The translations under genes were made by a program, and so were the position numbers. A DNA stretch of 64,000 nucleotides, from the NCBI GenBank assembly GCA_963796455.1, contig CAWCLO010000010.1:128001-192000 (forward strand), given 5' to 3'. The notes under the pieces are model-generated. The model was given only the letters and a program-made list of their open reading frames with translations, ran no database searches and was not told where the DNA came from. How positions within the stretch are numbered: position 1 is the first letter of the stretch; every line of letters begins with the position of its first letter. This DNA is from Candidatus Sulfomarinibacteraceae bacterium (GTDB lineage Bacteria; Acidobacteriota; Thermoanaerobaculia; Thermoanaerobaculales; Sulfomarinibacteraceae). Positions 1 to 10,346 of the stretch are shown here, in pieces.

Positions 1-389
1 GTTGCACCGGCCGAGACCACGGTCTGAGAATCAAAGCCCGCAAAGGTGTCCTTTGCCCATGCCAGACCGCCAAAGGCTTCCCAGCGGTCATTGAGCTTGC
101 GCACCGCTCGGCCGCTGAGCAGGTAGTTCTCGGCTGTGAGGTTGCCCGAGTCTTCGGCCCGGTTGCCTCGCGCGAGGAAGGACAGACCCCACGGATCCGG
201 CACCCGATCGAGACCAAAATCAAGTCCAAAAGAACTTGTGTCGGTATTACCGGAGGTCGCCACCCACGAAAGCCCCAAGGAGCCCGCCCAAATCGGCACT
301 ACTTCTTCTTCGGTTTCTTGGGCCAACACCGGCACCGTGCCCATCATCAGAATCAAGACCACACTCAGCGCACCGATCGAACGTCGCAT
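1..389 (-). CDS. DUF481/YdiY-family outer-membrane beta-barrel protein (5' part; runs off window)
   Basis: Read manually, not in ORF track: MRRSIGALSVVLILMMGTVPVLAQETEEEVVPIWAGSLGLSWVATSGNTDTSSFGLDF... Signal peptide, a TSGNT motif typical of DUF481, GGAGG RBS upstream of ATG at 389. Confidence 0.75.
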   Translation of the reverse strand, partial: MRRSIGALSVVLILMMGTVPVLAQETEEEVVPIWAGSLGLSWVATSGNTDTSSFGLDFGLDRVPDPWGLSFLARGNRAEDSGNLTAENYLLSGRAVRKLNDRWEAFGGLAWAKDTFAGFDSQTVVSAGA

Positions 390-601
390 CGCTTAACTTC
401 CTCCGTCTATTTTTTTTCGTACATCTGATTGACCACACACTACCTTAAAAGTCACTTTTGAGCGAAAAAATTGCGTGCAGATCCTTTGATCGGCAACCGG
501 CAGTCAAGCATCATAATTCCCGAGCGGTATACTTTTGACGTGCCCATCAATTTCACCCCACGCCTGATCCACCAGAATCTTGCGCCGGCCGGCGGTTTCT
601 G

Positions 602-3060
602 ATGAAAACCGGCCGCGTCTTTGTCGCTACCGAGACCGCGGGGCCGCGCTCGCGTTTGGTGGCGATGATCGGAGCGGTCGCAGCCGGTCTCGGCGTCGCC
701 GTCCTGCAAAACGTTTTGCAGTGGCAAGGGGACCGGATCGAGTTCTTGATTCTGGCGGGATTCAATGCCTTCCTGGCCTCTCTCGCAACATGGTTTTTTC
801 ATATCAGGTGGCAGGTGCTGGGTGACGTCTTCGACCGCCAGGTCAAAAACGTCTTTCTCCCGATAGCCTGCCATTTTTTGCTGCTGCTGGCGCTCGAGGC
901 TCTGGTGCCTTCGCAGACTGTGCGCGATACCTTCGGTCTCATCTCATGGGTCATCTCGCAAACTCTGGCTGCCGCGATCCTGTTGTTCACGTTCCGCGGT
1001 GGCAGGGACTACGGATCCGGCAAGAGGGTTCTGCGTACCACCGGCGCGGTCGGTATCGCGGTGGCCGTTTGGGGCATCTTCCACCTGCTCCATGACGCCG
1101 GTCTGGTTCGCGGCATCGCCCCCATAGAAGCCGGTCTCGCCACCGTCTTTCTCCTGGCGGCCGTCGTGCCGATGCTGGGGGGCGGCGACCAACGCCAACC
1201 GCGAGAGGTGTGGCTGGGGGCGGCCTTCCTTCTCACAGCGATCGCCCATATGAACCTGTCGTGGTCGAGTACGGTTTACGACAGTCCCTTCATGTGGGCC
1301 CATGTCCTGCTCGGGCTCAGCCTCGCAACACCAACCATTGGCGCGGTTTTCGAAAACGTCACGCTCCTGGAGTCCCAGACCGCGCTCTCCGATCGGCTCA
1401 AACGCCTCCGCAGCAGGATGGAGATCCTGCTCGATACGCTGCCGGTGTTGGTCCTTTCGGTGGATCGCGACCGCAATATCCGCTACGCCAACCGGGCTGC
1501 GAGCCAGCTCTTCTCCATCCCCCACGGGGCCGGGGACACGGATCACGGATCGGAATGGCTGGACCGGATCCATGCCAATCACCGGCCGCAGATCTACTCC
1601 GCCATCCCGTCCGTGCTCGAGGGCGGGAGGGGAATCTGGGAAGAGATGATTCGGGTCGAAGACGCCGAGGGCACGGTGCACTGGCTCAACACCCAGATGC
1701 AGCCGGTCGCCGATCCGGTGGTCAACGAAACACTGATCCAGGTCGTCGCCGTCGACGTGACGGATCTTCATCTCGCCAGACGGGCGGCCGAGGGCCGCCA
1801 GTCGCGACTGGCGTTTCTTTCCAACCTCGCCCAGAGCCTTTCGGGAGAGCTCGAAGAACAAAAAATCCTCGATCTTTTCCTCGAACTCGGGCAAGAAATC
1901 CTGCCGCTGCAGTCGCTTCTTTTGTACCGTCCGGTGGCGACCAGCGACGGGCTCAGGTTGGAGGCCGGCACCGGCCCTGGCATCGAAGCATTCGAGGGCG
2001 ATCGCTTCCGCCACCTCACCGATGTTGACCACCCATGTGTGAAGACCTTTCACGAGGGCGTGCCACAGGGAGCACCTACGGCGGGCAACGTGCCCGACGA
2101 GCTTGCCGAGTGGCTCGCCGCGGAGCACCAGATCCAATACTTGAACTATCTGCCACTGACCGCCGCAGGCCGGACCGCGGGGGTTCTTTTGGCGACCTCC
2201 GGAACGCCCCTCAATCTGGCCGTCGAAGATATCGATCTGCTTTCACAGATCGGATTCCTGGTGGGTGGCGCGATTTCCCTCTCGCAGTTGGTGCGCGAAC
2301 TCGATGAACAACGGGCGGTGGCCTTCGAGGCTTCGCGGTTGAAATCGGAGTTTCTCGCCAATACTTCGCACGAACTCCGGACACCATTGACGGCGATCCT
2401 CGGTTTTCTCCGTCTCATCATCGACGGCGCGGTGAAAGACCCGGAAAAACAGCGGGAATTCCTGACCATAGCCCACGAATCGGCCGAGAGTCTGCTCAAT
2501 ATCATCAACGACGTCCTCGACCTCGCCAAGATCGAGGCCGGCCGCCTCGAGGTCCATTTTGCGCCGGTCCCGGTGCGGACCGTGCTCAAGGACATTCAGA
2601 CCCTTTTCCGGCATCAGATGAAGAGCAAGGGTCTGCGATTCGAGACCGAAGGATCGGATAGCAAGCTGGTACTGTGGGCGGATTCCGACCGGACATCGCA
2701 GATCCTCACCAATCTGATATCGAACGCGATGAAGTTCACCAATCGGGGGGACTCAATCGTCGTCAGGTGCCGGGCCCGCGACACCAAGATCCTCTTCGAA
2801 GTCGTGGACTCGGGTATCGGGATCGCACCCGACGAATTGGAAAAGATCTTCTCGTCCTTTTACCAGGTCGATGGCTCCACCACCCGGCAACGGGGGGGAC
2901 CGGTCTCGGGCTTGCCATCTCACGCCGTCTGGCCGAGCTGATGGGCGGCACGCTCGAGCTCGACAGCGAGGGCGTCAATCGCGGTGCGACGGCGCGGCTC
3001 GTCCTCGGAGAGTTCACCACCGACCACGAGGCGACAAATCCCGAGCTTCGCGCACCCTAA
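602..3060 (+). CDS. Membrane sensor histidine kinase (multi-TM, PAS, GAF, HisKA, HATPase); frameshift in G run at 2892-2898
   Basis: H-box FLANTSHELRTPL, N-box QILTNLISNAMKFT, G1 DSGIGI. G2 box GGTGLGLAISRRL lies in the next frame (ORF 2674..3060); one extra G in the G7 run restores it. Confidence 0.9.
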
Positions 3061-3208
3061 AAAGCGGTGGAGCCGATGTCGGCGCTGATTGAACCACAGA
3101 GGCACCCTGACGTTTCGTCACAACCACCAAGACGCCAAAGGCACCAAGTCATCACAATGACGCCGGCGGAGCCGGGAATTTCTTTTCCTGCGGGTCCTTC
3201 TCCTGAGA

Positions 3209-3468
3209 TCGCCCACAGAACACACAGAAACCATCGCAGCCACGAAGACGGACAGAACGCAGAGGCGCAACGACATCGATGTGAAACTGGGAGCGTCGAG
3301 CAATCCTTTCGCGAATAGGTAGAGGAAGAAGGAGGCGAGGCCTGCGCTTGAGCGCAGGCCGGTATCTCGCCAGATTGAGGCAGGTGATCCCCCGGCATCT
3401 TTGCGATCTTCGCGGCCTTTGCGGTTTTTGCGATGGCTTCTATGTTTTTCTGTGTGTTCTGTGGGCGA
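3209..3468. repeat. Intergenic element bounded by a perfect 22-bp inverted repeat built from 9-mer-like units
   Basis: tcgcccacagaacacacagaaa (3209-3230) is the reverse complement of tttctgtgtgttctgtgggcga (3447-3468); inner ccatcgca/tgcgatgg pair. Confidence 0.8.
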
Positions 3469-3694
3469 CAACGGGTCTCTTCAGGGATTCTGCGGTTCGA
3501 CAGGGATGAACGATGCGACCTGAACGAGAATCCTTTGCCCCAGAAAATTCGATTGCTGCTCAAACACGCAATAACTCAATACTCTTCCAATCATTTAAAT
3601 TTAGATTACGATGACAGGCACCAAATCGTCGCTGCATGAAGCGAGCGGAATCGGGGTCCAGATGCGGTGCAATCTTCGCAACAATCCCTCTCCC

Positions 3695-3722
3695 TTGACA
3701 ATCCAAAGTGTTTCTGTATATT
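3695..3722 (+). promoter_or_regulatory. Putative sigma70 promoter of the efflux operon
   Basis: TTGACA (3695-3700), 16 nt, TATATT (3717-3722) in an AT-rich stretch just upstream of the TolC RBS. Confidence 0.55.
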
Positions 3723-3756
3723 CCTAAATGGTTATGAAGTGATCTCTTGCGGAGGC

Positions 3757-5103
3757 ATGATGGGTGCAAAGCTTCTCACCGTCTCGATATTGATCTCGGC
3801 AGTCAGCGGTCTTGGGGCCCAGGAGTTGACGCTCGATGACGCCGTGCAAACCGCGCTCGCCAATAATCCCGAAGTGGTATCCGCCCGGGAACGGGCAGCA
3901 GCGGCGGGCGAACGATCCGAACAGGCCAAGGGTCATCGATTGCCGGAGCTCAACCTCAGCGAGTCCTTCATCTACAGCAACAACCCCGCGGAAGTCTTCG
4001 CCCTGACCCTGAACCAGGGCCGATTCGATATGGAAAAATTTTTCATGTCGGACCCCAACAACCCGGATCCCCTGTCGACCTGGGTGACCAGTGCCGAGCT
4101 CGTGGTTCCAGTTTATACAGGCGGCAAGTTGTCGGCGCGGGTCCATCAGGCAGCTGCCATGGCGACCGCTGGTGAGCTCGAGTATCTCCACACCCGCGAA
4201 AAAGTGGTCTTCGAGACCATGACCGCCTATATCAATCTTGCCAAGGCCCGTGAGCACGTGGCCCTGCTCGAGAAGGCGCGGGCGACCACGGCCGAAAACG
4301 TCAGAATCGCCGAGCAGTACTCGGCGCAAGGAATCATCCTCGAAGCCGACGTCTTGCAGTCAAGGGTCTTTCTCTCCGAAATGGATGACCTGGTGGCGAC
4401 CGCCCGCAATGGCGAACGACTCGCCCAGGCAGCCCTCAACTATCAGATGGGCGTCAGTCAATCGCTCCCCCGGCTCCAGGCCGAGATGCCGCCGCCGCCA
4501 CCTGTCATCAATGATCTCGAGAGCCTGGTCGGTGGTGCGCTGGCCGATCGTCGCGACCTCAACGCCGCTCGTCGCCGTCTGGATGCCGGTCGTCTCGAGG
4601 AAAAAGCAAACAAACCGGGCTATCTGCCCGAGATCGCGGTACGCGGCAACTACGACCTCTACGACGACCAGATCTTTGGTTCCAACGGACACTCGGGGTC
4701 GATCATGGCATTCGCCAAGATCAACGTCTTTTCAGGTGGTTCCAACTCCTCGGCACGCGCTGCGGCCAGACACCAGACCGCCTCCTACGAAGCCGACATC
4801 CGTCGTTTCGAAGAGGGCGTCCGGCTCGAGGTGCAGCAGGCCTGGCTGGATCTCCAGACCGCCGGTACGCGACACCTCACCGCCAAATCCGCGGTGACCG
4901 CCGCCACGGAAGCACTCCGGGTGCGCGAAAGCAGGTTCCGCCAGGGCCTCGACAAGATGCTCGATCTCCTGGCTGCACAGACCGCTCTTCGCGAGACCGA
5001 GATGCGCGAAATGATCGCCCGTTATGACCTTGCTCTCAACACCCACCGTCTCAGGTTCGTGTCGGGCGCATCGCTGACCGATGGTACGGAGGAAAGTCGA
5101 TGA
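3757..5103 (+). CDS. TolC-family outer-membrane efflux protein
   Basis: Signal peptide, LTLDDAVQTALANNP N-terminus, OEP helical repeats; first gene of an OMP-MFP-RND operon; GGAGG at 3751. Confidence 0.9.
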   Translation: MMGAKLLTVSILISAVSGLGAQELTLDDAVQTALANNPEVVSARERAAAAGERSEQAKGHRLPELNLSESFIYSNNPAEVFALTLNQGRFDMEKFFMSDPNNPDPLSTWVTSAELVVPVYTGGKLSARVHQAAAMATAGELEYLHTREKVVFETMTAYINLAKAREHVALLEKARATTAENVRIAEQYSAQGIILEADVLQSRVFLSEMDDLVATARNGERLAQAALNYQMGVSQSLPRLQAEMPPPPPVINDLESLVGGALADRRDLNAARRRLDAGRLEEKANKPGYLPEIAVRGNYDLYDDQIFGSNGHSGSIMAFAKINVFSGGSNSSARAAARHQTASYEADIRRFEEGVRLEVQQAWLDLQTAGTRHLTAKSAVTAATEALRVRESRFRQGLDKMLDLLAAQTALRETEMREMIARYDLALNTHRLRFVSGASLTDGTEESR

Positions 5104-6173
5104 AAAACCTGAAAACCCTGATTCCAGTCATCGCTCTGGTGTTTTCGCTCGGATGCGGACACGAGCAACCGCAACAGGCCGAAACCGTCCTCGCACCCAT
5201 ATCGGTGGACGTAGCGGAGGTCGAGCTGATCCAGGAAGAAAAACCGATCGAGGTTCGGGGAGTCGTGCAAGCTGCCCGCCAGGCCGTGGTATCGAGCCGT
5301 GTCATGGGCCCGGTGGTCGCCCTCAGGGTACGAGCCGGTGCAGTGGTCGGCAAAAATCACGTGCTTCTCGAGATCCAACCCGAAGCCGCCGACGGCCAGT
5401 TGGCCCAGGCCAGCGGCGCACTCGCGCAGGCACAGGCGGCGCTCTCGCTCGCCGAACGGAACTTTTCGAGATACAAAGCTCTGGCCAAGGAGAACGCGGC
5501 CTCGGATCTCGAACTCGATATGGCGCGGATGCAGTTCGAACAGGCGCAGGGCGCGGTCGAGCAGGCCGAGGGCGCGGTCCAGGCGGCATCCTCGGTGGCC
5601 GGGGAGTCCGCCGTCCGATCGCCATTTGCCGCGCGGGTCGTCGAAACTCTGGTCGAGGTCGGAGACCTCGCGGCCCCCGGCAGGCCATTGGTCAAGCTCG
5701 AGTCGATCGGAGGCCAGCAGATCTGGTTGACGGTGCGCGAAGGAGACCTTCGGCGGGTGGCTCTCGGCGACACAATCGGCGTTCGATTCGATGCTCGTCC
5801 TGATCTGGAGGTGGTTGACGGCTCGATCGTGGAGATCGTCCCATCCGCCGATTCGGCGACCCACACATTCACCATCAAGGTCGACCTCGGTGGGCTCGAG
5901 ATTCCCTCTGGTTTTTCCGGCCGAGCCGAGATATCCGGTGATTCGACCGGCCGTCTGGTTGTCGGTCGGGAAGCGGTCCACCAACGAGGCGGCCTGGAAC
6001 TGGTTGTCGTCCGCTCCGAAGATGGAACCGCCCGCACTCGCGCGGTCACCACCGGCGCTTCGACCACCGACAACCGAATCGAGATTCTTTCCGGTCTCGA
6101 CCAGGGTGAATCGGTGGTCATGAACATCGCCGGCCCGGTGGCCGACGGCACCCCGCTGGAGCTGCAGCGATGA
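5100..6173 (+). CDS. RND efflux periplasmic adaptor (membrane fusion protein), lipoprotein
   Basis: Lipobox LGC, VSSRVMGPV and VRSPFAARV lipoyl-like halves, ILSGLDQGESVV C-terminus; ATGA overlap with tolC. Confidence 0.92.
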   Translation: MKNLKTLIPVIALVFSLGCGHEQPQQAETVLAPISVDVAEVELIQEEKPIEVRGVVQAARQAVVSSRVMGPVVALRVRAGAVVGKNHVLLEIQPEAADGQLAQASGALAQAQAALSLAERNFSRYKALAKENAASDLELDMARMQFEQAQGAVEQAEGAVQAASSVAGESAVRSPFAARVVETLVEVGDLAAPGRPLVKLESIGGQQIWLTVREGDLRRVALGDTIGVRFDARPDLEVVDGSIVEIVPSADSATHTFTIKVDLGGLEIPSGFSGRAEISGDSTGRLVVGREAVHQRGGLELVVVRSEDGTARTRAVTTGASTTDNRIEILSGLDQGESVVMNIAGPVADGTPLELQR

Positions 6174-9100
6174 CCGGCGATAACAACGATCAAAAAAAGG
6201 CCGGCGGCGCAAAGCCGCAACCCGGCGAGATCGAGCAGGCACACCGCGACGCGTTGCGCCTCAAGATGACCCGGCGCAAGCTCGGCACTGCCGGACGAAT
6301 CGGCCAGATGTTTCTCGAGTCGAAGCTGACGCCCTTGATCGTCGTCGCATCCCTGCTTCTCGGGCTTTTCGCCATCATCGTGACGCCTTCGGAGGAGGAG
6401 CCCCAGATCAAGGTCCCGATGATCGACGTCATGGTGGGCTTTCCGGGCGCGACCGCCGAGGAACTGGAACACACCGTCATCACGCCTCTGGAGAAACTCC
6501 TCTACGAGATCGAAAACGTCGAATACATCTACTCGATCTCGAACCCCTCCGGCGGATTGATCGTGGTCCGGTTCCTGGTCGGAACCGATCCCGACCAGGC
6601 TGCCGTGCGCGTCCACACCAAGATCCAATCGGCGGTCGACACCATGCCCGCGGGGGTCATGCCACCGGTCGTCAAACCGCGAACCATCGATGACGTTCCG
6701 GTCGTCGCCTACACCCTGTGGAGCCAACAGGCATCGCCGGCTGAATTGCGGCAGGTGGCCGACGAGATCAAGGTCGAGCTCACCCGCCACCCTCGGGTGG
6801 CGCAGGTATCGATCATCGGTGGACAACGCCGGGTCCTGCGGGTGGATTTTGATCGCGAGGCGCTGGCTTCTCGAAATGTCTCCATTCTCCAGGCCTACGG
6901 CGCACTGCAAAGCCTGAACTGGCGTCTCCCGGCCGGATCCACCTCGGTTGCCAATTCGGAAGTGGTCGTCGATGTCGGACAGTTTCTGACGAGCGCCGAC
7001 GAGGTGGGCGATGTGGTGCTGTCTTCGTCCGGTGGCCGGCCGGTCTATTTGAAGGACGTGGCCAGGGTTTTTGAAGGGCCCGAAGAACCAGCATCCTACG
7101 TATGGCTGGGAACCGGGCCGGCAGCTCCGGAGAAGGGTCTCGAGTCCGCCGGCATGGATCTGCCGGCTGTGACGATCGCGGTAGCCAAAAAACCGGGCAC
7201 GAACGCCGTCGACATGGTCGAAGATCTCGATCGCATGCTCGATGGCCTCGCCGGAAAAATGATCCCCTCCAACGTCGAGATCCTCAAGACCCGCGACTAC
7301 GGCGCGACGGCCGATGAAAAGGCCGACGAGCTGCTCAAACACCTGTACTCGGCCACCATCGCCGTGATCCTCCTGATGTGGATCACGCTGTCGTGGAGGG
7401 AAGCCACGGTGGTAGCCGTCGTCATTCCGGTGACTCTGGCTTTGACCCTCGCCGCCTCCTATTTCTTCGGCTATACACTCAACCGGGTCAGCCTTTTCGC
7501 TCTGGTCTTTTCGATCGGAATCCTGGTCGATGACGCGATCGTGGTGGTGGAAAACATCCACCGCCACATCAAGCTCAAATGGGCGGGGGCAAAACAGACC
7601 ACCGTTTACGCCGTCGACGAGGTCGGCAACCCGACCATTCTCGCCACCTTCGCCATCATCTCCGCGCTGCTGCCGCTGGCCTTCGTCCGCGGACTGATGG
7701 GCCCCTATATGCGGCCGATCCCGATCAACGCCTCGGCGGCGATGCTCTTCTCCTTGATGGTGGCTTTCACCATCTCGCCGTGGATGGCCTACCGACTCTT
7801 CCGTAAGGAATCGAAGGGGGAAGACGACTCCAAGGGTGTTCCTCTCGAAGATAGCGGTCTGCCCGAGGAGGGCAGAATTTCAAAGCTCTACTCCTGGGTG
7901 ATGGATCCGATGATCAAGCGCTCGGTCCTCCGATACGCCTTTCTGGCCGCCGTCGCCACCCTGTTGGTCTTCGCTATGGGGACTGTGGCCATCGGTTTCA
8001 CCACCGTCAAGATGCTGCCTCACGACAACAAATCGGAGCTGCAGGTGGTGATCGATGCGCCCGAAGGATTCACCCTCGAGCAAACCAACGCCGCCGCCCG
8101 TGAGCTCGCGTATCAGTTCCGTACCATGCCCGAAGTGACCGACTTTCAGATCTACGTCGGGACCTCGGCACCCTTCAATTTCAACGGTCTCGTCCGTCAC
8201 TATTTCCTGCGGACCGGCAGCAATGTTGCCGACATTCAGCTCAACGTCGTCCACAAACACAAAAGGGCCGACAAAAGCCACGCTCTCGCCAACGAGGTCC
8301 GGCAGATGCTGCTGCCGACGGCCGACCGGCTCGGCGTCGACATCAAGGTGGCCGAGATTCCGCCCGGCCCGCCGGTGCTCTCCACCCTGGTGGCGGAGGT
8401 CTATGGACCGACCTTTGACGGTCGCCTCGAGGTGGCGCGACAGGTCAAAGATGTCTTTGCCGGCACCGACGGCGTCGTCGATGTGGATTGGGAGGTCGAG
8501 GCCGCCGGCCCGCGAATCGAGGTCCGCGTCGATCGCGAAAAGGCGATCGCCGCCGGCATCACCGCCGAACAGGTTGTGCGGACCCTCCGTGTGGCCCTCG
8601 ACGGCGCCGATGCCGGTCTCGTCCACGATCCAACGACCCGTGATCCGGTGCCCATCGTGCTCCGGCTCGATCGCGCACAGCGTGCCCATGTGGACGATCT
8701 TCTGCAGCTGACCGTGCACGGCAGCAGCGGCCGCATGGTTCCTTTGTCGGAGATCACGACGGTGATCGACGGCGAGCGCGAACAAAGCCGCTACCACAAG
8801 AATCTGCAGCCGGTGACCTATGTCTATGGTGAGGTCGCCGGTCGTTTCGAGGCACCCGTCTACGCAATCCTCGAAATGAAGGACCAACTGGCCGAGATCA
8901 TCACGCCTCTCGGCAAAGAACTCGAGATCATCACCACGACCCTGCCGGAGGACAGCAGCCGCTACATCATGAAATGGGACGGTGAGTGGCACATCACCTA
9001 CGAGGTCTTCCGCGATATGGGAATCGCCTTTGCGGTCGTGATGGTGCTGATTTATGTGCTGATGGTCGGCTGGTTCAAATCCTTCATCACACCGATCATC

Positions 9101-9511
9101 ATCATGGTGCCGATTCCACTGACGCTGGTTGGCATTCTGCCGGCACACGGGTTCTTCGGGGTCTTTTTCACCGCCACCTCGATGATCGGATTTATCGCCC
9201 TGGCAGGCATCATCGTCAGAAACTCGATTCTGTTGGTGGATTTCATCAACCTCGAACTCAAGGCGGGTGAGCCCCTCGAGCAAGCGGTGGTCAAGGCCGG
9301 AGCGGTGCGGTTGGTACCGATTTTCCTGACCCAGCTCTCGACCATCGTCGGTGCCTCGTTCATGCTCTCCGATCCGATCTTCCAGGGTCTGGCCCTGGCC
9401 ATGATCTCCGGCATCATCGTCTCGACCGCGCTCACCCTGGGTGTGATCCCGGTGTTGTATTACATGTATTTGAAATTGGTCGGACCCGAAAACGTTGTGG
9501 AAATAGACTGA
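6170..9511 (+). CDS. RND efflux permease (AcrB/CusA superfamily)
   Basis: 1113 aa; GILVDDAIVVVENI motif, EEEPQIKVP, GIIVRNSILLVDF, two large periplasmic loops. Confidence 0.95.
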   Translation: MTGDNNDQKKAGGAKPQPGEIEQAHRDALRLKMTRRKLGTAGRIGQMFLESKLTPLIVVASLLLGLFAIIVTPSEEEPQIKVPMIDVMVGFPGATAEELEHTVITPLEKLLYEIENVEYIYSISNPSGGLIVVRFLVGTDPDQAAVRVHTKIQSAVDTMPAGVMPPVVKPRTIDDVPVVAYTLWSQQASPAELRQVADEIKVELTRHPRVAQVSIIGGQRRVLRVDFDREALASRNVSILQAYGALQSLNWRLPAGSTSVANSEVVVDVGQFLTSADEVGDVVLSSSGGRPVYLKDVARVFEGPEEPASYVWLGTGPAAPEKGLESAGMDLPAVTIAVAKKPGTNAVDMVEDLDRMLDGLAGKMIPSNVEILKTRDYGATADEKADELLKHLYSATIAVILLMWITLSWREATVVAVVIPVTLALTLAASYFFGYTLNRVSLFALVFSIGILVDDAIVVVENIHRHIKLKWAGAKQTTVYAVDEVGNPTILATFAIISALLPLAFVRGLMGPYMRPIPINASAAMLFSLMVAFTISPWMAYRLFRKESKGEDDSKGVPLEDSGLPEEGRISKLYSWVMDPMIKRSVLRYAFLAAVATLLVFAMGTVAIGFTTVKMLPHDNKSELQVVIDAPEGFTLEQTNAAARELAYQFRTMPEVTDFQIYVGTSAPFNFNGLVRHYFLRTGSNVADIQLNVVHKHKRADKSHALANEVRQMLLPTADRLGVDIKVAEIPPGPPVLSTLVAEVYGPTFDGRLEVARQVKDVFAGTDGVVDVDWEVEAAGPRIEVRVDREKAIAAGITAEQVVRTLRVALDGADAGLVHDPTTRDPVPIVLRLDRAQRAHVDDLLQLTVHGSSGRMVPLSEITTVIDGEREQSRYHKNLQPVTYVYGEVAGRFEAPVYAILEMKDQLAEIITPLGKELEIITTTLPEDSSRYIMKWDGEWHITYEVFRDMGIAFAVVMVLIYVLMVGWFKSFITPIIIMVPIPLTLVGILPAHGFFGVFFTATSMIGFIALAGIIVRNSILLVDFINLELKAGEPLEQAVVKAGAVRLVPIFLTQLSTIVGASFMLSDPIFQGLALAMISGIIVSTALTLGVIPVLYYMYLKLVGPENVVEID

Positions 9512-9514
9512 AGA

Positions 9515-9625
9515 AATAGGAATTAGGAATGAGGAATTACCGCCAACCCGGCCGTGGTCGCGTCGCAAGTGGTGGTCGCCGGAAATCCGAAATCCGAAAT
9601 CCGAAATCCGAAATTCGAAATCGAA
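9515..9625. repeat. Heptamer tandem repeats: AGGAATK x3 and AAATYCG x5
   Basis: aggaattaggaatgaggaatt and aaatccgaaatccgaaatccgaaatccgaaattcg between the RND gene and DUF2892. Confidence 0.85.
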
Positions 9626-9639
9626 CCCTGGAGGATATT

Positions 9640-9831
9640 ATGACCGTGAACGAAGCCCTACGCGCCATGGCCGGAATCGTGATTCTGCTCACCCTCGCCC
9701 TCGGATACTGGGTCAACCCCTATTGGTATTTTTTTACGGCCTTTGTCGGCCTCAACCTCCTGCAGTCGGCCTTCACCAAATGGTGTCCGGCGATGACGAT
9801 CTTCCGCAAGCTCGGTTTGCGGGAAAGCTGA
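9640..9831 (+). CDS. DUF2892 (YgaP-like) small membrane protein
   Basis: MTVNEALRAMAG...FVGLNLLQSAFTKWCPAM; GGAGG RBS before ATG 9640. Confidence 0.88.
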   Translation: MTVNEALRAMAGIVILLTLALGYWVNPYWYFFTAFVGLNLLQSAFTKWCPAMTIFRKLGLRES

Positions 9832-9853
9832 GAAATCGAGGGGAGGAGTCAAA

Positions 9854-10138
9854 ATGAAGCTCTTGATGATCATCGTCGACTCCGAATGCCGTGAAGAGGT
9901 CGAGATATTGTTCCAGCGCAACGGAGTCACCGGCTACTCGGAGCTCCCCGGCGCCCACGGTGTTGGCACGACAGGCGTTCGCATGGGCTCCGGCGCCTTT
10001 CCCAAGACCTCATCGATTTTCTTCACGGTGGTCGAGCCGGACCAGGTCGTGCCGCTCAAAGAAGCACTGTGTTCCCACTGCGACGCCAGCGAACGCAAAA
10101 TGCGGATGATTCAATGGGCCGTCGAAGAGGTCGTTTGA
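9854..10138 (+). CDS. P-II-like (GlnB-fold) transporter-associated protein with C-terminal CxxC
   Basis: MKLLMIIVD...GVTGYSELPGAHGVGTTGVRMG pattern of P-II-like proteins; strong RBS; CSHC near the C-terminus. Confidence 0.7.
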   Translation: MKLLMIIVDSECREEVEILFQRNGVTGYSELPGAHGVGTTGVRMGSGAFPKTSSIFFTVVEPDQVVPLKEALCSHCDASERKMRMIQWAVEEVV

Positions 10139-10335
10139 TGAGTGATTTTGCCTATCTGGTGGTGTTCGTCATCGCATGGCTGCTGCTGCAGCGGGTTATC
10201 CTCCCGAAGTTCGGGGTGCCCACCTGAGCCGTCCCCAACCCCGGGCCGGGAGCCCGGGAATGTGCCGCTCCGACCGTGGATGGCGACAAAAAAACGCCGT
10301 CATCTGAAGATGACGGCGCGAACAAAACTGAATAA
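10138..10335 (+). CDS. Small single-TM protein, candidate selenoprotein (in-frame UGA at 10225-10227); 29 aa if UGA is a stop
   Basis: TGATG coupling to the upstream gene; MSDFAYLVVFVIAWLLLQRVILPKFGVPT-(UGA)-AVPNPGPGARECAAPTVDGDKKTPSSEDDGANKTE-TAA; hairpin CCCGGGC-CGGGA-GCCCGGG at 10240-10258. Confidence 0.55.
10288..10318 (-). terminator. Rho-independent terminator of the GWxTD gene
   Basis: 10-bp stem cgccgtcatc/gatgacggcg, loop tgaa, followed by T7 on the minus strand. Confidence 0.8.
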
Positions 10336-10346
10336 AGGTTTCGTAT

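Noticed and set aside
3718..3740. ArsR/SqrR-type operator over the efflux promoter
   Set aside because: Only a half match (ATTC-N8-TTAT) and no regulator gene nearby; too weak to call.
5357..9568. Long antisense ORFs (5357..7567, 7880..9568; also 49204..51165, 60786..62354)
   Set aside because: Shadow frames of well-supported genes in high-GC DNA, with no recognisable motifs.
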